DNA from: Candidatus Thorarchaeota archaeon
GTDB taxonomy: Archaea > Asgardarchaeota > Heimdallarchaeia > Hodarchaeales > Hodarchaeaceae
DNA length: 20,018 bases
Assembly (NCBI GenBank): GCA_048882505.1
Contig: JBHLRO010000034.1
Coordinates: forward strand, 9,451 to 29,468
Reading direction: 5' to 3'
The stretch's first letter is position 1; the number at the start of each line of letters is the position of its first letter. This document shows positions 1-9,434 of this stretch, piece by piece. A program made the position numbers and the translations under genes. A model generated the notes under the pieces. It searched no databases, was not told the DNA's origin, and saw only the letters and a program-made list of their open reading frames with translations.

Positions 1-29
1 ATAAAACAAGAACCGTTGAAAGTTGTTTT

Positions 30-731
30 GTGAGGAATCAGACCGCCCGAAAATTCTCTCTTCTTACTCTCTGTTTCTTTCTAGTCAATTTAGGGTCTGT
101 TTTGGGCATCAATCAGACTAATACTCTCGAATTGAGAATCAAACCTGGAGATGTCATGGTTTACCGATATACCAAGATCTTTGTTCGGAATTCTGACGAT
201 CCGACAATTTTGCCTCTACTTATTACCACAGTGGAGAACAAAAGGGTTACTGTTCACCTAAAAGTGGGCAGTATCGTAAACATTACGATTGTTCAGGTTG
301 AACCACCAGTCTACCAAGCCACGTATGACAACCTTGTCACAACACAGAACGAAACCCTCGATACGACTAGCTTTTTCGAGCTGGTCCTCCCTACCACTGA
401 TAACATTACGTACTGGCAGGATCACATTACTAATTGGAGCCCATTTGGCGGGAGCGGGAAAGTGTCTTTGAAGGACTCCACTCTCACCTATAATATAGTG
501 TATAGCAATAGCGACTGGGATATCCTGTTTGAATATTCACGAAATTGGAAGACTGGGTGGTTGACCCGATTTTATGAGAAGAAATCGTATAAAAATGGCT
601 CGTTATACGGTGAACTCGATTATACCGCGCTGGAGGAAAATATCAGTCAAACTATCGGAGTCGAGATCTTTCCGTCAGTGATACCGCTGCTAGTTCTGCC
701 AATCTTGGCGCAACGAAGGAATCCAAGATAA
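30..731 (+). CDS. Secreted/surface protein with N-terminal signal peptide and C-terminal membrane anchor
   Basis: GTG-start ORF of 233 aa. Basic-then-hydrophobic N-terminus (RKFSLLTLCFFLVNLGSVLG). C-terminal hydrophobic segment plus basic tail (IFPSVIPLLVLPILAQRRNPR). Seven N-x-S/T sequons. Confidence 0.75.
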   Translation: MRNQTARKFSLLTLCFFLVNLGSVLGINQTNTLELRIKPGDVMVYRYTKIFVRNSDDPTILPLLITTVENKRVTVHLKVGSIVNITIVQVEPPVYQATYDNLVTTQNETLDTTSFFELVLPTTDNITYWQDHITNWSPFGGSGKVSLKDSTLTYNIVYSNSDWDILFEYSRNWKTGWLTRFYEKKSYKNGSLYGELDYTALEENISQTIGVEIFPSVIPLLVLPILAQRRNPR

Positions 732-814
732 TTTTGTCCGATAACTGTCTCATAAAGTTTTGATCCCTGCCTTGACTATTATAAGACTTAGTTAGATACC
801 ATATGGTGTGATTT

Positions 815-1306
815 ATGGTCGCTTTGGAAATCCTGGTTTCCTACATCTTGCTCTGGGGTTTCATCGAGACCATATGTTTTACAGCACTTCTCGTCATACT
901 TTATCTTTCTGGGAGCGGAAACCTAGTTAGAGACGAAGAGGGAAAATTCAAAAAGAAAAAAAAAATACAGATTAGAGTGTATTTATTATATGTCCTGCTG
1001 TTAAGTTTATTGACTGGATTGCCGATCCTTGCGAACATTTTTTTCGTCGTAGAGGAAGGTATAACATTGGATATCGTTGAAATATTCACATTAACCTATG
1101 GGATTTTTCTGTTTGCTAATGTGTGGGATTTAATTCTGATTGATTATTTTCTCGTTGTAAAAAACGTGTTTCGATTAAAAAATCTCCCAGAAACACTGTA
1201 TTACACTAGTTTTCGTCCCCATCTCGTAGGGTTTTTCAGGGGCCTGGTCTTCGGTCTATTTTTCAGTCTTATCTCCTCGGGAATCACCTATCTAGTCATT
1301 GGGTAA
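815..1306 (+). CDS. Integral membrane protein of unknown function (about 4 TM helices)
   Basis: 163 aa ORF with four long hydrophobic segments and a Lys-rich loop (GKFKKKKKIQ). No family recognised. Confidence 0.75.
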   Translation: MVALEILVSYILLWGFIETICFTALLVILYLSGSGNLVRDEEGKFKKKKKIQIRVYLLYVLLLSLLTGLPILANIFFVVEEGITLDIVEIFTLTYGIFLFANVWDLILIDYFLVVKNVFRLKNLPETLYYTSFRPHLVGFFRGLVFGLFFSLISSGITYLVIG

Positions 1307-1372
1307 TCGATTACACCCTGGAAAAGCATGAAACCGGTATCATGAGACTGCAATAGTTACCGTAGATTGCAT

Positions 1373-1384
1373 GAAGTTTTTAAA
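1373..1384 (+). promoter_or_regulatory. Putative BRE/TATA for the cupin gene (probably leaderless mRNA)
   Basis: GAAGTTTTTAAA ends about 24 nt before the ATG at 1408, which is typical archaeal TATA-to-start spacing. Confidence 0.5.
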
Positions 1385-1407
1385 TCCATGATTTAGAGAT
1401 TAAAGAC

Positions 1408-1737
1408 ATGATTCCAATAACTAGCTTGGATAACATAATCAAAGAAATAGATGGAAGGCCTTGGCATCCAATAGACGTTGCAATAGTCAACGATCAGGTT
1501 GTACGAATGGCTCTCGTGAAAGGTGAATACCATTGGCATAAACACAACAATGAAGATGAGTTATTTTATGTAGTTCGTGGAAAAATGACTATTCGAATGA
1601 AGGATGATGTTGATATCAAGTTAGTAACGGGCGAGACGGTTGTGATTCCCAAAGGGGTCGAACACTGTCCAAAGAGTGATGAGGACACCTATGTATTATT
1701 GTTTGAACCCATGAAATTGAAAACGAAAGGAGACTAA
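1408..1737 (+). CDS. Cupin domain protein
   Basis: Cupin motif 1 (YHWHKHNNEDELFYVVRG) and motif 2 (GETVVIPKGVEHCP). Confidence 0.9.
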   Translation: MIPITSLDNIIKEIDGRPWHPIDVAIVNDQVVRMALVKGEYHWHKHNNEDELFYVVRGKMTIRMKDDVDIKLVTGETVVIPKGVEHCPKSDEDTYVLLFEPMKLKTKGD

Positions 1738-1800
1738 TCTATTAGCTTCATAGGGTGATTATTGGTAGAGAGTCAAAGACGAAGAGTAAAAGTGTAAGCA

Positions 1801-2220
1801 ATGAGGATTAGGTTGGCCACGTTTGAGGAGTTCGATGTAATTATTGGGTTCAATCATATAGCTACCACCCAGAAGAGTCGACGGGAATTTATTGGTAGAT
1901 CGATATTCAAGAATCGATGTTATGTGGCTATAAGCAAGGAGGAGCTAGTGGGCTATACTGTCTTGGAATACAGCTTTTTTGAATGTGGATTTGTCTCAAT
2001 ACTATATGTAAAAGAGAATTATAGAAGAAAGGGGATAGGTACCAGGTTGATGGAGTATATCGAAACAAAATGCAAGACTGAGAAATTATTCACATCCACA
2101 AATCAGTCAAACATACCAATGCAGGGATTATTGGAAAAGCTAAACTTTGCCAAAAGCGGAATAGTACATAATCTAGATCCGGGTGATCCCGAACTTATTT
2201 ATTTCAAAAGAATCTCGTAA
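1801..2220 (+). CDS. GNAT family N-acetyltransferase
   Basis: Acetyl-CoA binding motif A (LYVKENYRRKGIGTRLM) and motif B-like TNQSNIPMQGLLEKLNF. Confidence 0.9.
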   Translation: MRIRLATFEEFDVIIGFNHIATTQKSRREFIGRSIFKNRCYVAISKEELVGYTVLEYSFFECGFVSILYVKENYRRKGIGTRLMEYIETKCKTEKLFTSTNQSNIPMQGLLEKLNFAKSGIVHNLDPGDPELIYFKRIS

Positions 2221-2445
2221 AGCTAAAGATTTCCCAAGAAAATTTGACTCCAGATAAATAGAGGCAACCTGTTTTTGTATTTCTCTTGTCCTCTTTTTTA
2301 TTGCCTTATTATCTATGGGCGGGCTGTTTGGGCCTCTAATTAATGGCTTTAAAGTTGTAATATTTCAGCATCGAAGGAACAACACATCATGCTATAAATC
2401 CCCCTATTAACCATAAATAACTTGCATCAGGAAAATCTGTATCAA

Positions 2446-2706
2446 TCAGCCCCCACTTAGGGCAGCAATTATATGAATGTCGTCATTATCCGAAACCGGC
2501 ATTTCAAGAGAATTAATCTGCTCCTGATTGAGAAAAATCCGGATATGTTCACGAACCTGATCCTGTTCATCGATGATCCGAAAACGAATACCTGGATACT
2601 TAGCATTAAGATCTTCCATCGCTTCCGCTATTGTCTTTCCACGCACGGCGACGTGGCTTTCCTGACCTGTATACGAGCGTAGATGGGTCGGAATATAGAC
2701 TTTCAT
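2446..2706 (-). CDS. MoaD/ThiS-family ubiquitin-like (beta-grasp) protein
   Basis: 86 aa. Starts MKVYIPTHLRSYTG, contains IRIFLNQEQI, and ends in di-glycine (AALSGG). Its ATG overlaps the upstream TGA (ATGA, 2703-2706). Confidence 0.92.
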   Translation of the reverse strand: MKVYIPTHLRSYTGQESHVAVRGKTIAEAMEDLNAKYPGIRFRIIDEQDQVREHIRIFLNQEQINSLEMPVSDNDDIHIIAALSGG

Positions 2707-3851
2707 CCCTGAATCTCACCGATTTCTAGTGAAAAAATCTTGGGTAAATGTTGAACAAGACAACTCCATTCCTCACCTTCATTTTTACTTGCCCAGAGTT
2801 CTCCATTAGTTGTCCCAAAATAGACTCCAACGGGGTCTTGTTGATCTACAGCCATTGCTTGTCTGAGCACAGTAAACCATCCGTGTGGCGGGAGGCCCGA
2901 ATCTTGACGATTCCAGGTAGATCCCCCGTCTTTGGTAATATATACAGCGGGTTTTCCTGCGGGACTCGTCCTTGGCCAAACGTCGGTCCCATCCATGGGA
3001 AACACCCAAACAATATCAGGGTTTCTTGGATGCAACGTAATCGGAAAACCGATATCTCCGATATCCTGGGGCATATTTTCTCCAATTCGAACCCATGTGT
3101 CATTCTTAGACCGATCAAGTCGATATATCCCACAATGATTTTGCATGTATAATCGATCAGGCTTTAATGGATGGAGATAAACACAGTGGGGGTCATGGCC
3201 ATATTCAGGATCGGGAGTTGGAAGAAAATCTGCCACACATCCTTTATTCAATGGAGTCCAGTCCGTTCCCTTTGTCGTACTTTCGAAAAAGCCTCCCGTA
3301 CTAAGTCCAAAATACATATGATTTGGATCCTGCGGATCAATATTAATGGAATGGAGCAGAGGACCATCGGGCGTACTGGCTTCGATGTCATCACCCCATT
3401 TGGGTCTCATAGGGTGGTCGTTAAATCCACTTACGCCTTCCCAAGTATCACCATCATCATCTGAACGAAATAAGCCGTGAGGGCTGGTTCCAGCATACCA
3501 GGTGTTTCTTTCTGTTTTATGGCCTGGTGTTAGCCACAAAGTATATTTTACTACACGTCCCTTCTTTTCATCTTGGGCCTTTTTAAAAGCAGGAGGTTTA
3601 GTTGATTCTTTCCAAGTTTTCCCCAGATCTGTTGACCGGAAGATAGTAGGTCCAAGGTGTCCTGTTCTAGCGGCCATCAACATAAGATTTCCTTTATTAG
3701 ATCTCGGATCCATCACTACATGATGAACCATATTACCAAGAAAATGCGGCCCTTCCAAAGCCCAGTTATCACGTGACGCATCACGACGTAGGAAAAACGC
3801 TCCTTTCCGAGTCCCGATCATTATCATGATTGATTTCGTATTTGTACTCAA
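2703..3851 (-). CDS. BNR/Asp-box repeat beta-propeller (sialidase-like fold), cytoplasmic
   Basis: Five Asp-box-like motifs (RSTDLGKTW, RSDDDGDTW, ESTTKGTDW, ITKDGGSTW, ASKNEGEEW). TTG start has GGAGG 9 nt upstream (CCTCC at 3861-3865). No signal peptide. Confidence 0.88.
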   Translation of the reverse strand: MSTNTKSIMIMIGTRKGAFFLRRDASRDNWALEGPHFLGNMVHHVVMDPRSNKGNLMLMAARTGHLGPTIFRSTDLGKTWKESTKPPAFKKAQDEKKGRVVKYTLWLTPGHKTERNTWYAGTSPHGLFRSDDDGDTWEGVSGFNDHPMRPKWGDDIEASTPDGPLLHSINIDPQDPNHMYFGLSTGGFFESTTKGTDWTPLNKGCVADFLPTPDPEYGHDPHCVYLHPLKPDRLYMQNHCGIYRLDRSKNDTWVRIGENMPQDIGDIGFPITLHPRNPDIVWVFPMDGTDVWPRTSPAGKPAVYITKDGGSTWNRQDSGLPPHGWFTVLRQAMAVDQQDPVGVYFGTTNGELWASKNEGEEWSCLVQHLPKIFSLEIGEIQG

Positions 3852-3894
3852 ATGAAGATGCCTCCAATTTTGTTTCCATCATCTACTGGATGGC

Positions 3895-3912
3895 AATGGT
3901 CTTATGACCATT
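3895..3912. promoter_or_regulatory. Perfect inverted repeat, putative operator next to a TATA-like tract
   Basis: AATGGTC-TTAT-GACCATT, abutting TTTTTAAAA (3911-3919) in the divergent intergenic region. Confidence 0.45.
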
Positions 3913-4103
3913 TTTAAAATTCGATGGTGTGTAACTCGGAGAATGTTCTCTAATTCGAATAACAATTAATTTCGTACGATCTTGACCACTAAATGCGCAG
4001 GATCCATCTTCGCTTTCAATTAGGTCCATTTTTTAAACTGCCACTTTTTCGTACAATGGAATCTTGGAACAAAAGTTCCCAAAGTCCGCGAAAGGTGATT
4101 AAT

Positions 4104-4700
4104 ATGTCGACAAAAGTATTTGTTGGTAGTGTACTAGTCGCTGTGATTATTTCAAGTGTAATTGGATTATTTGCCTTACCCTTGCTTTATCCAATAGTTT
4201 ATGAGGACGTTTCGACCATCCCTGGATTTGCCGATGAGGGTATTGTCCTCCAATCTTTGTATAAAGAATTTTCAACGACGGCTCAGATTTTCGATTTAGA
4301 AATAGGCACGTATAAGCCTGTTCCTGATACTGAACTAAATATTACGATTCAAACGAACTCTAGGATAAATGCTGTGTTTTCTTCAATCTATATATTGGGT
4401 GTTTCAGACTCTTTATCTCCAGGCCAACGTGTTGGGTTTAATATCTCCCTAGGCATTGAGGGAATGGGAAATAAAACAGTTAGAATAGCATACTTTGAAA
4501 CAAGCTCTTATTCGGCTCTTAGAGAATTTTCATCCACCTTCTATCTCAATTTTGTCTCCAAACCTTTACCTGCCGGAACATATAAAGTATCTTTGTCATG
4601 GATTTCGATTGCAGACCTATCTGGAACGAGCTATTTCCTTTTTACTACTCCAAACGCCAATTTTACACGTTCTCTTTGGATACAAGAATATAAAGGCTGA
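4104..4700 (+). CDS. N-terminally membrane-anchored protein with an extracellular beta-rich domain
   Basis: The ORF track starts at 3993, but ATG 4104 follows an AGGTGA SD-like motif and begins a TM helix (VFVGSVLVAVIISSVIGLFALPLL). Four N-x-S/T sequons follow. Confidence 0.72.
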   Translation: MSTKVFVGSVLVAVIISSVIGLFALPLLYPIVYEDVSTIPGFADEGIVLQSLYKEFSTTAQIFDLEIGTYKPVPDTELNITIQTNSRINAVFSSIYILGVSDSLSPGQRVGFNISLGIEGMGNKTVRIAYFETSSYSALREFSSTFYLNFVSKPLPAGTYKVSLSWISIADLSGTSYFLFTTPNANFTRSLWIQEYKG

Positions 4701-4778
4701 AATATTCCCGATTAAGAACGATTAAAGAGAATTTACTCAATATATTAAACCAGGAAAAAGCATAAGAAGGCATTTTAT

Positions 4779-6737
4779 ATGACAGAACGCCCACAAATTC
4801 TTCCATATCATAAATGGATCGGAAAACTCACTTCAGAACAGATTTTTGAGGAAATCATTGCTTTTACGGCGATTAAAGTCGTTAATGGCAACATTTATTG
4901 GTCTGAACTCCGTCCTACTGAGAAAGGTAGAATCACGATAGTCTGTCGCAATATAGAGGGAGACACCTATGACGTTTTACCCGGAAATGTAAATGTACGA
5001 TCCAGGGTTCATGAATATGGTGGAGTGTGCTGGGAGGTGGATGAAAAGTACCTTTATTATGTGAATTTTGAGGATCAGAGGCTTTACCGTAAAACTCTCG
5101 GAACAGATGACGTACCCATACCATTGACTCCTTCCAAGAACGAAGATGGATCTCTGGGGAAGTATGCCGCGCCGATTCTAACACCAGAAGGGAATGCCCT
5201 TGTCTTTGTCTATGAAAAGGAATTTGATCAAAAAGAAAACGAAAACTTCATAGCATTATTGGATCTCTCAAAGACCGCCATTCAAGAGCCAAAAATAATT
5301 GTAAGAGGAAAGAATTTCTATTTTGATCCGACATTCTCATCCAACGGGAATCAAATCGCCTGGATACAGTATGATCATCCTAATATGCCGTGGAACTCTA
5401 CAGAGGTAATATCAGCAGATTTCAAGGATAATAATGTTGTACCAGACTCCGAAGTGATCATTGCGGGTGGGGAGGGGATTTCTGTTTGTGGAGTGAACTT
5501 TGACAGTAGCGGACGAGTTTATTTTGTCATGGATGAAGAAAATCAACCCGATTCGAGCTTCAAGAATTGGTGGAACTTATATCGCTTTGAAAATGACGAG
5601 ATACAGCCAATTACGATGGAATTGGCTGAATTTACACTCCCTAGGTGGGTACTGGGGGATGTAACCTGGAACTTCTTACCAAGTGGACAGATAGTCGCAA
5701 ATTACGAGAAAGCCGGAAAGGGATTTTTATCACTGATAGACCCAAATAGCAGGGTTTTGACTACCCTAAATTCTCCCTTTGATGGACATGATAGTATACA
5801 GGTATATTCAGAACATGAAATTGTACTTCTTGCTAACAGCGCAAAACGACCGGCAGCGCTAGTGAAACTCGATATCCAGACTCTGGAGTACGAAATCCTC
5901 CGAACTAGTTTTCCAAATCGTCTTTCCATTCAAGATATTTCAATACCAGAACAAATAGAATACCCAACTTCTGATGGAATGAAAGCTTTTGGTTTGTTTT
6001 ACGTCCCAAAAAATAGTAATTATATGCCTCCAGAAGGTGACAAACCTCCTCTAATTGTTATGGTACATGGAGGCCCGACAGGGAGAGCATCTGGCCAATA
6101 TTCTTTATCGCGACAATTTTGGACTAACCAAGGGTACGCCATATTTGATGTGGATCATCGGGGAAGCACGTCTTATGGGAGAAGGTATCGGGATGCATTG
6201 AAGGGGCAATGGGGCCTCATTGATGCTCAGGATATTAAGGATGCTGTTGATTTCCTAGTCAATCAAGGAAAAGTAGCACCGAAGGTTGCAATCAGAGGCG
6301 GTAGCGCAGGTGGATATGCGGTACAACGAGCTCTAACATTATTTCCTGATACATTTCAAGTAGGTGCGAGCTATTTTGGAATTGGGAATCTTATCACCTT
6401 AACCAAGCTGATACACAAATTCGAATCACAATACATTGATTGGTTGATGGGGAAGCCTTTATCAGATCCGGAAGGGGAGCAAATCTATAACGAGCGTTCC
6501 CCCATAAATCATATGGATAGATTAAAGTCCCCTATGATCTTATTTCAAGGAAAAGATGATAAGGTGGTTGTACCTGAAGTTTCACGAGAAATGGCGGAGA
6601 TTCTCAAAGAAAAAGGAATCTTCTCTGAATATATAGAATATGAAGGGGAAGGGCACGGCTTTCGGAAGAAAGAAAACAACGTAGATGCATTATCGAAAGA
6701 GGCTGCCTTTTATCGTAAAGTTCTATTCGGGAAGTAA
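4779..6737 (+). CDS. S9 family serine peptidase (prolyl oligopeptidase / acylaminoacyl peptidase-like)
   Basis: N-terminal propeller region, then VHGGPT, DHRGSTSYG, nucleophile GGSAGG, Asp in QGKDDKVV and His in EGEGHGF. Confidence 0.95.
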   Translation: MTERPQILPYHKWIGKLTSEQIFEEIIAFTAIKVVNGNIYWSELRPTEKGRITIVCRNIEGDTYDVLPGNVNVRSRVHEYGGVCWEVDEKYLYYVNFEDQRLYRKTLGTDDVPIPLTPSKNEDGSLGKYAAPILTPEGNALVFVYEKEFDQKENENFIALLDLSKTAIQEPKIIVRGKNFYFDPTFSSNGNQIAWIQYDHPNMPWNSTEVISADFKDNNVVPDSEVIIAGGEGISVCGVNFDSSGRVYFVMDEENQPDSSFKNWWNLYRFENDEIQPITMELAEFTLPRWVLGDVTWNFLPSGQIVANYEKAGKGFLSLIDPNSRVLTTLNSPFDGHDSIQVYSEHEIVLLANSAKRPAALVKLDIQTLEYEILRTSFPNRLSIQDISIPEQIEYPTSDGMKAFGLFYVPKNSNYMPPEGDKPPLIVMVHGGPTGRASGQYSLSRQFWTNQGYAIFDVDHRGSTSYGRRYRDALKGQWGLIDAQDIKDAVDFLVNQGKVAPKVAIRGGSAGGYAVQRALTLFPDTFQVGASYFGIGNLITLTKLIHKFESQYIDWLMGKPLSDPEGEQIYNERSPINHMDRLKSPMILFQGKDDKVVVPEVSREMAEILKEKGIFSEYIEYEGEGHGFRKKENNVDALSKEAAFYRKVLFGK

Positions 6738-6842
6738 TGAAAAAAAGGTTTTGAGCTATAAAACGGATTCTATGAACTTTATGCCAGATTTAACGCAATA
6801 AGATTGGTTGATGTTACCATCTAGGGATATGTGTTTTCTATT

Positions 6843-9434
6843 TCACTCTCCAGTTGGACTATTTTGGTTAAAATACAAATCGTTTATCTGATCATCTAAT
6901 TCCATCAATAATTGCTGGAATTGTGCCTCTAATTCGTTTTTTACATCATGATTTGATTTATTGATATGAAGTGTTCTATTCCGCTCAATTTTTTCCACGA
7001 TCTCTTTAATTATAATCTGATTCTTTTTATCGACATTTGGAATCGGTAATTTCCTTAAATCATTTGGTTGGAAATAATTTTCTTGTCTATGAGTCCTTAT
7101 GGAGTTGAGGTAACTATTAGCAAATGATGAATTAATGATGCCAAGAATGTAGCGTAGATCAAAATCTAATGAAAGAGGTTTTCCACGTAGTATGGCTTCT
7201 TTTACTGCTCTTCTATTCAGAACCCTTGTTTTTATACCTACTAAATCATGATAAGGTTTCAATATCATAATGGAGTGATTACACCATAGACTCCCACATT
7301 CATCGTATATTCCTCTACCTCCAATCGCACCAACCATAATTTTAGGGGAGTCATACAGCTCCGGAAATGTAGGTCGTCTTATCTGTCTTGGAACTCGATC
7401 CGTACCATATTCCAAGAACTTTACATCGTTTATCCTAAATTTGTCAATATATTTGTTTTCAATATACTTTTTATTGAAGAATCTTCCTCTTTTATCCCTT
7501 ATTAGATCATTCTTTTTGAATTTTCCTTTAAACCGCTTTTCATCACTGTTTAGAACCATACCAACGCTTATATAGAATATACGACCAAGAGGAATAGTTT
7601 CTGCAGCGAATTTTCTTACATTGACCATCGAATAATACTTTTTTCGAAACAGTCTCTCGCCATAGTCTTCTATTTTTACTTTCTCAATTTTTTCAACTTC
7701 ACCAAGGTTTTTGTAGAAGACACGTTTTGTGATATGATCAACATTTCGATTTCTGTTTCTGAGCGACACAATGATGTTGCTTACATTCATAGTTTCAAAA
7801 ATCTGAATTCCTGAAAAAAAGCAAATTTCAAAGAGTTCTTTTGTCAGAAGGTATTTTCTCATCTTTGATGCATAATTTGAAGTGGAGAATCCATCTGAAA
7901 TAATGAATGACATAATTCCATTAGGTTTTAGAAGTTTTATACCCAATTCTAAGAACGGTATAAACAGATCCCATTTTTGCGTTAGTAGAGAAAAATTCCT
8001 CTCTATTATTCTTCTATATTCTTGATAAACTAAGTCTTGATAATCAGCCCGAACATAGGGGGGATTGCCAATTATTATATCGAATCCTCCATCCGTAGCC
8101 TGTAATATCTCAGGAAATTCCAGTGTCCAATGGAAAGGATGGAATTTTTCATGGAATTGCCTGGGAGTATATTTCTCATAAATATCCCGGAACTCTGGCT
8201 TTTCCAATAGCATTTGTGTAAAAACATCGTTTAATTCACGGGATTTCTTATTGATTCTTTCTCCTGCGTTAACAGTTTGATATCCAATCTTTTGTTCATT
8301 CTTTCTATTTTGTTGCATTCGTTCTTTCTTGATCCTAACTATAGGATTATCCCTGAAATCCATTACTGGTCTACTAGATCTCTCATAGATTCCTAATAAT
8401 GAATCTCCACATCTATAATAGAAATAAATGTCTGGTAACTGATTGATTTCTTCCAAAGACGTAACTTTGGCTATAACAGCCAAAATCAATCTCATTTGGC
8501 ACGTTTCTATAGCTTCTGGTGAAATATCAACTCCAAATAGGTTGTTTCTGATAATAAATTTCCTAATATTTTCCCCATTGATTTCGTGTTTTTCTTTCAA
8601 AAGCTTGTTGTCAGTGTTTGCAAACCTACTGTAAATATCTTCAAGAAGAAAAAGCATTTTTACCAGAAAATCACCGCTCCCCACTGCCGGATCTAGAATC
8701 TTTATTGATGTTATAAGGTTAAGTATTTGAGACTGTTTCTTTTCATCATTTTCCTTTAATACGCTGTTGAATGTCGAATAATTAAGATTTAACGTTTTAT
8801 TAATGTATTCAATAAGCGTTGTTTTACACATTTTTGAAGTAATTTGATTTGGAGTATAAATTGCCCCAGCTGCTTTTTGATCTAAACTTCTCTCCAAAAT
8901 ATAACTCAAAATATTCGGTTTTAACCTGCTGACGTCCCCAATTTTTTCGTTAATGGTCCAAGACGTGCTTTCTAACAAATTAAGTACTGGTAACGAGGTA
9001 ATCGATCTGTTTAGAGGATAATCCATCTCTTTATAAAAAACAGAATTGGAAATTTCTATTGTTTCCCTGTAGATAAGCTCTTCTTTTGCTGGTAGAAAAA
9101 TATCAATATTTAAATATGGAATTTTTCCCAATAATCCATTAATGGATTTTTTTCTGTCATTAAAGGCCTTTGAAAGCCCTTCAAAGAATAATAAGCTTAA
9201 GAATTCCTTGAAATAGTTATTGTCTTTGTTTTTGATAAAATTCGATATCAGATAGTTAAAATCATTATCTAAGAAACCCCTTGTCTGTAAAAACCATAGA
9301 AACATCAATCGTTTCAAAATGATCTGTGCATATCTGTCGCTTTGATCGGAATCAGGGAAACCTCTAATATTCTTTTTCAAATATTTTCGTGAAATCACAT
9401 AGAAATCATAAAATTCCTTTAGAATGTCCTGCAA
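6843..9434 (-). CDS. Eco57I/type IIG-like N6-adenine DNA methyltransferase with TaqI_C-like specificity region; no nuclease domain evident
   Basis: Motif I (ILDPAVGSGDFL), motif IV (DIIIGNPPYV), helical region RLMFLWFLQTRGFL...IPYLN, and C-terminal YILGIINSS...LRKLPIP. TTG start. Confidence 0.88.
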   Translation of the reverse strand: MQDILKEFYDFYVISRKYLKKNIRGFPDSDQSDRYAQIILKRLMFLWFLQTRGFLDNDFNYLISNFIKNKDNNYFKEFLSLLFFEGLSKAFNDRKKSINGLLGKIPYLNIDIFLPAKEELIYRETIEISNSVFYKEMDYPLNRSITSLPVLNLLESTSWTINEKIGDVSRLKPNILSYILERSLDQKAAGAIYTPNQITSKMCKTTLIEYINKTLNLNYSTFNSVLKENDEKKQSQILNLITSIKILDPAVGSGDFLVKMLFLLEDIYSRFANTDNKLLKEKHEINGENIRKFIIRNNLFGVDISPEAIETCQMRLILAVIAKVTSLEEINQLPDIYFYYRCGDSLLGIYERSSRPVMDFRDNPIVRIKKERMQQNRKNEQKIGYQTVNAGERINKKSRELNDVFTQMLLEKPEFRDIYEKYTPRQFHEKFHPFHWTLEFPEILQATDGGFDIIIGNPPYVRADYQDLVYQEYRRIIERNFSLLTQKWDLFIPFLELGIKLLKPNGIMSFIISDGFSTSNYASKMRKYLLTKELFEICFFSGIQIFETMNVSNIIVSLRNRNRNVDHITKRVFYKNLGEVEKIEKVKIEDYGERLFRKKYYSMVNVRKFAAETIPLGRIFYISVGMVLNSDEKRFKGKFKKNDLIRDKRGRFFNKKYIENKYIDKFRINDVKFLEYGTDRVPRQIRRPTFPELYDSPKIMVGAIGGRGIYDECGSLWCNHSIMILKPYHDLVGIKTRVLNRRAVKEAILRGKPLSLDFDLRYILGIINSSFANSYLNSIRTHRQENYFQPNDLRKLPIPNVDKKNQIIIKEIVEKIERNRTLHINKSNHDVKNELEAQFQQLLMELDDQINDLYFNQNSPTGE

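Noticed and set aside
950-965. A-rich run as a slippage or phase-variation site
   Set aside because: The frame stays open and encodes a plausible poly-Lys cytoplasmic loop.
3993-4103. N-terminal extension of the 3993-4700 ORF
   Set aside because: It overlaps promoter-like sequence, and ATG 4104 has an SD-like motif and starts the TM anchor.
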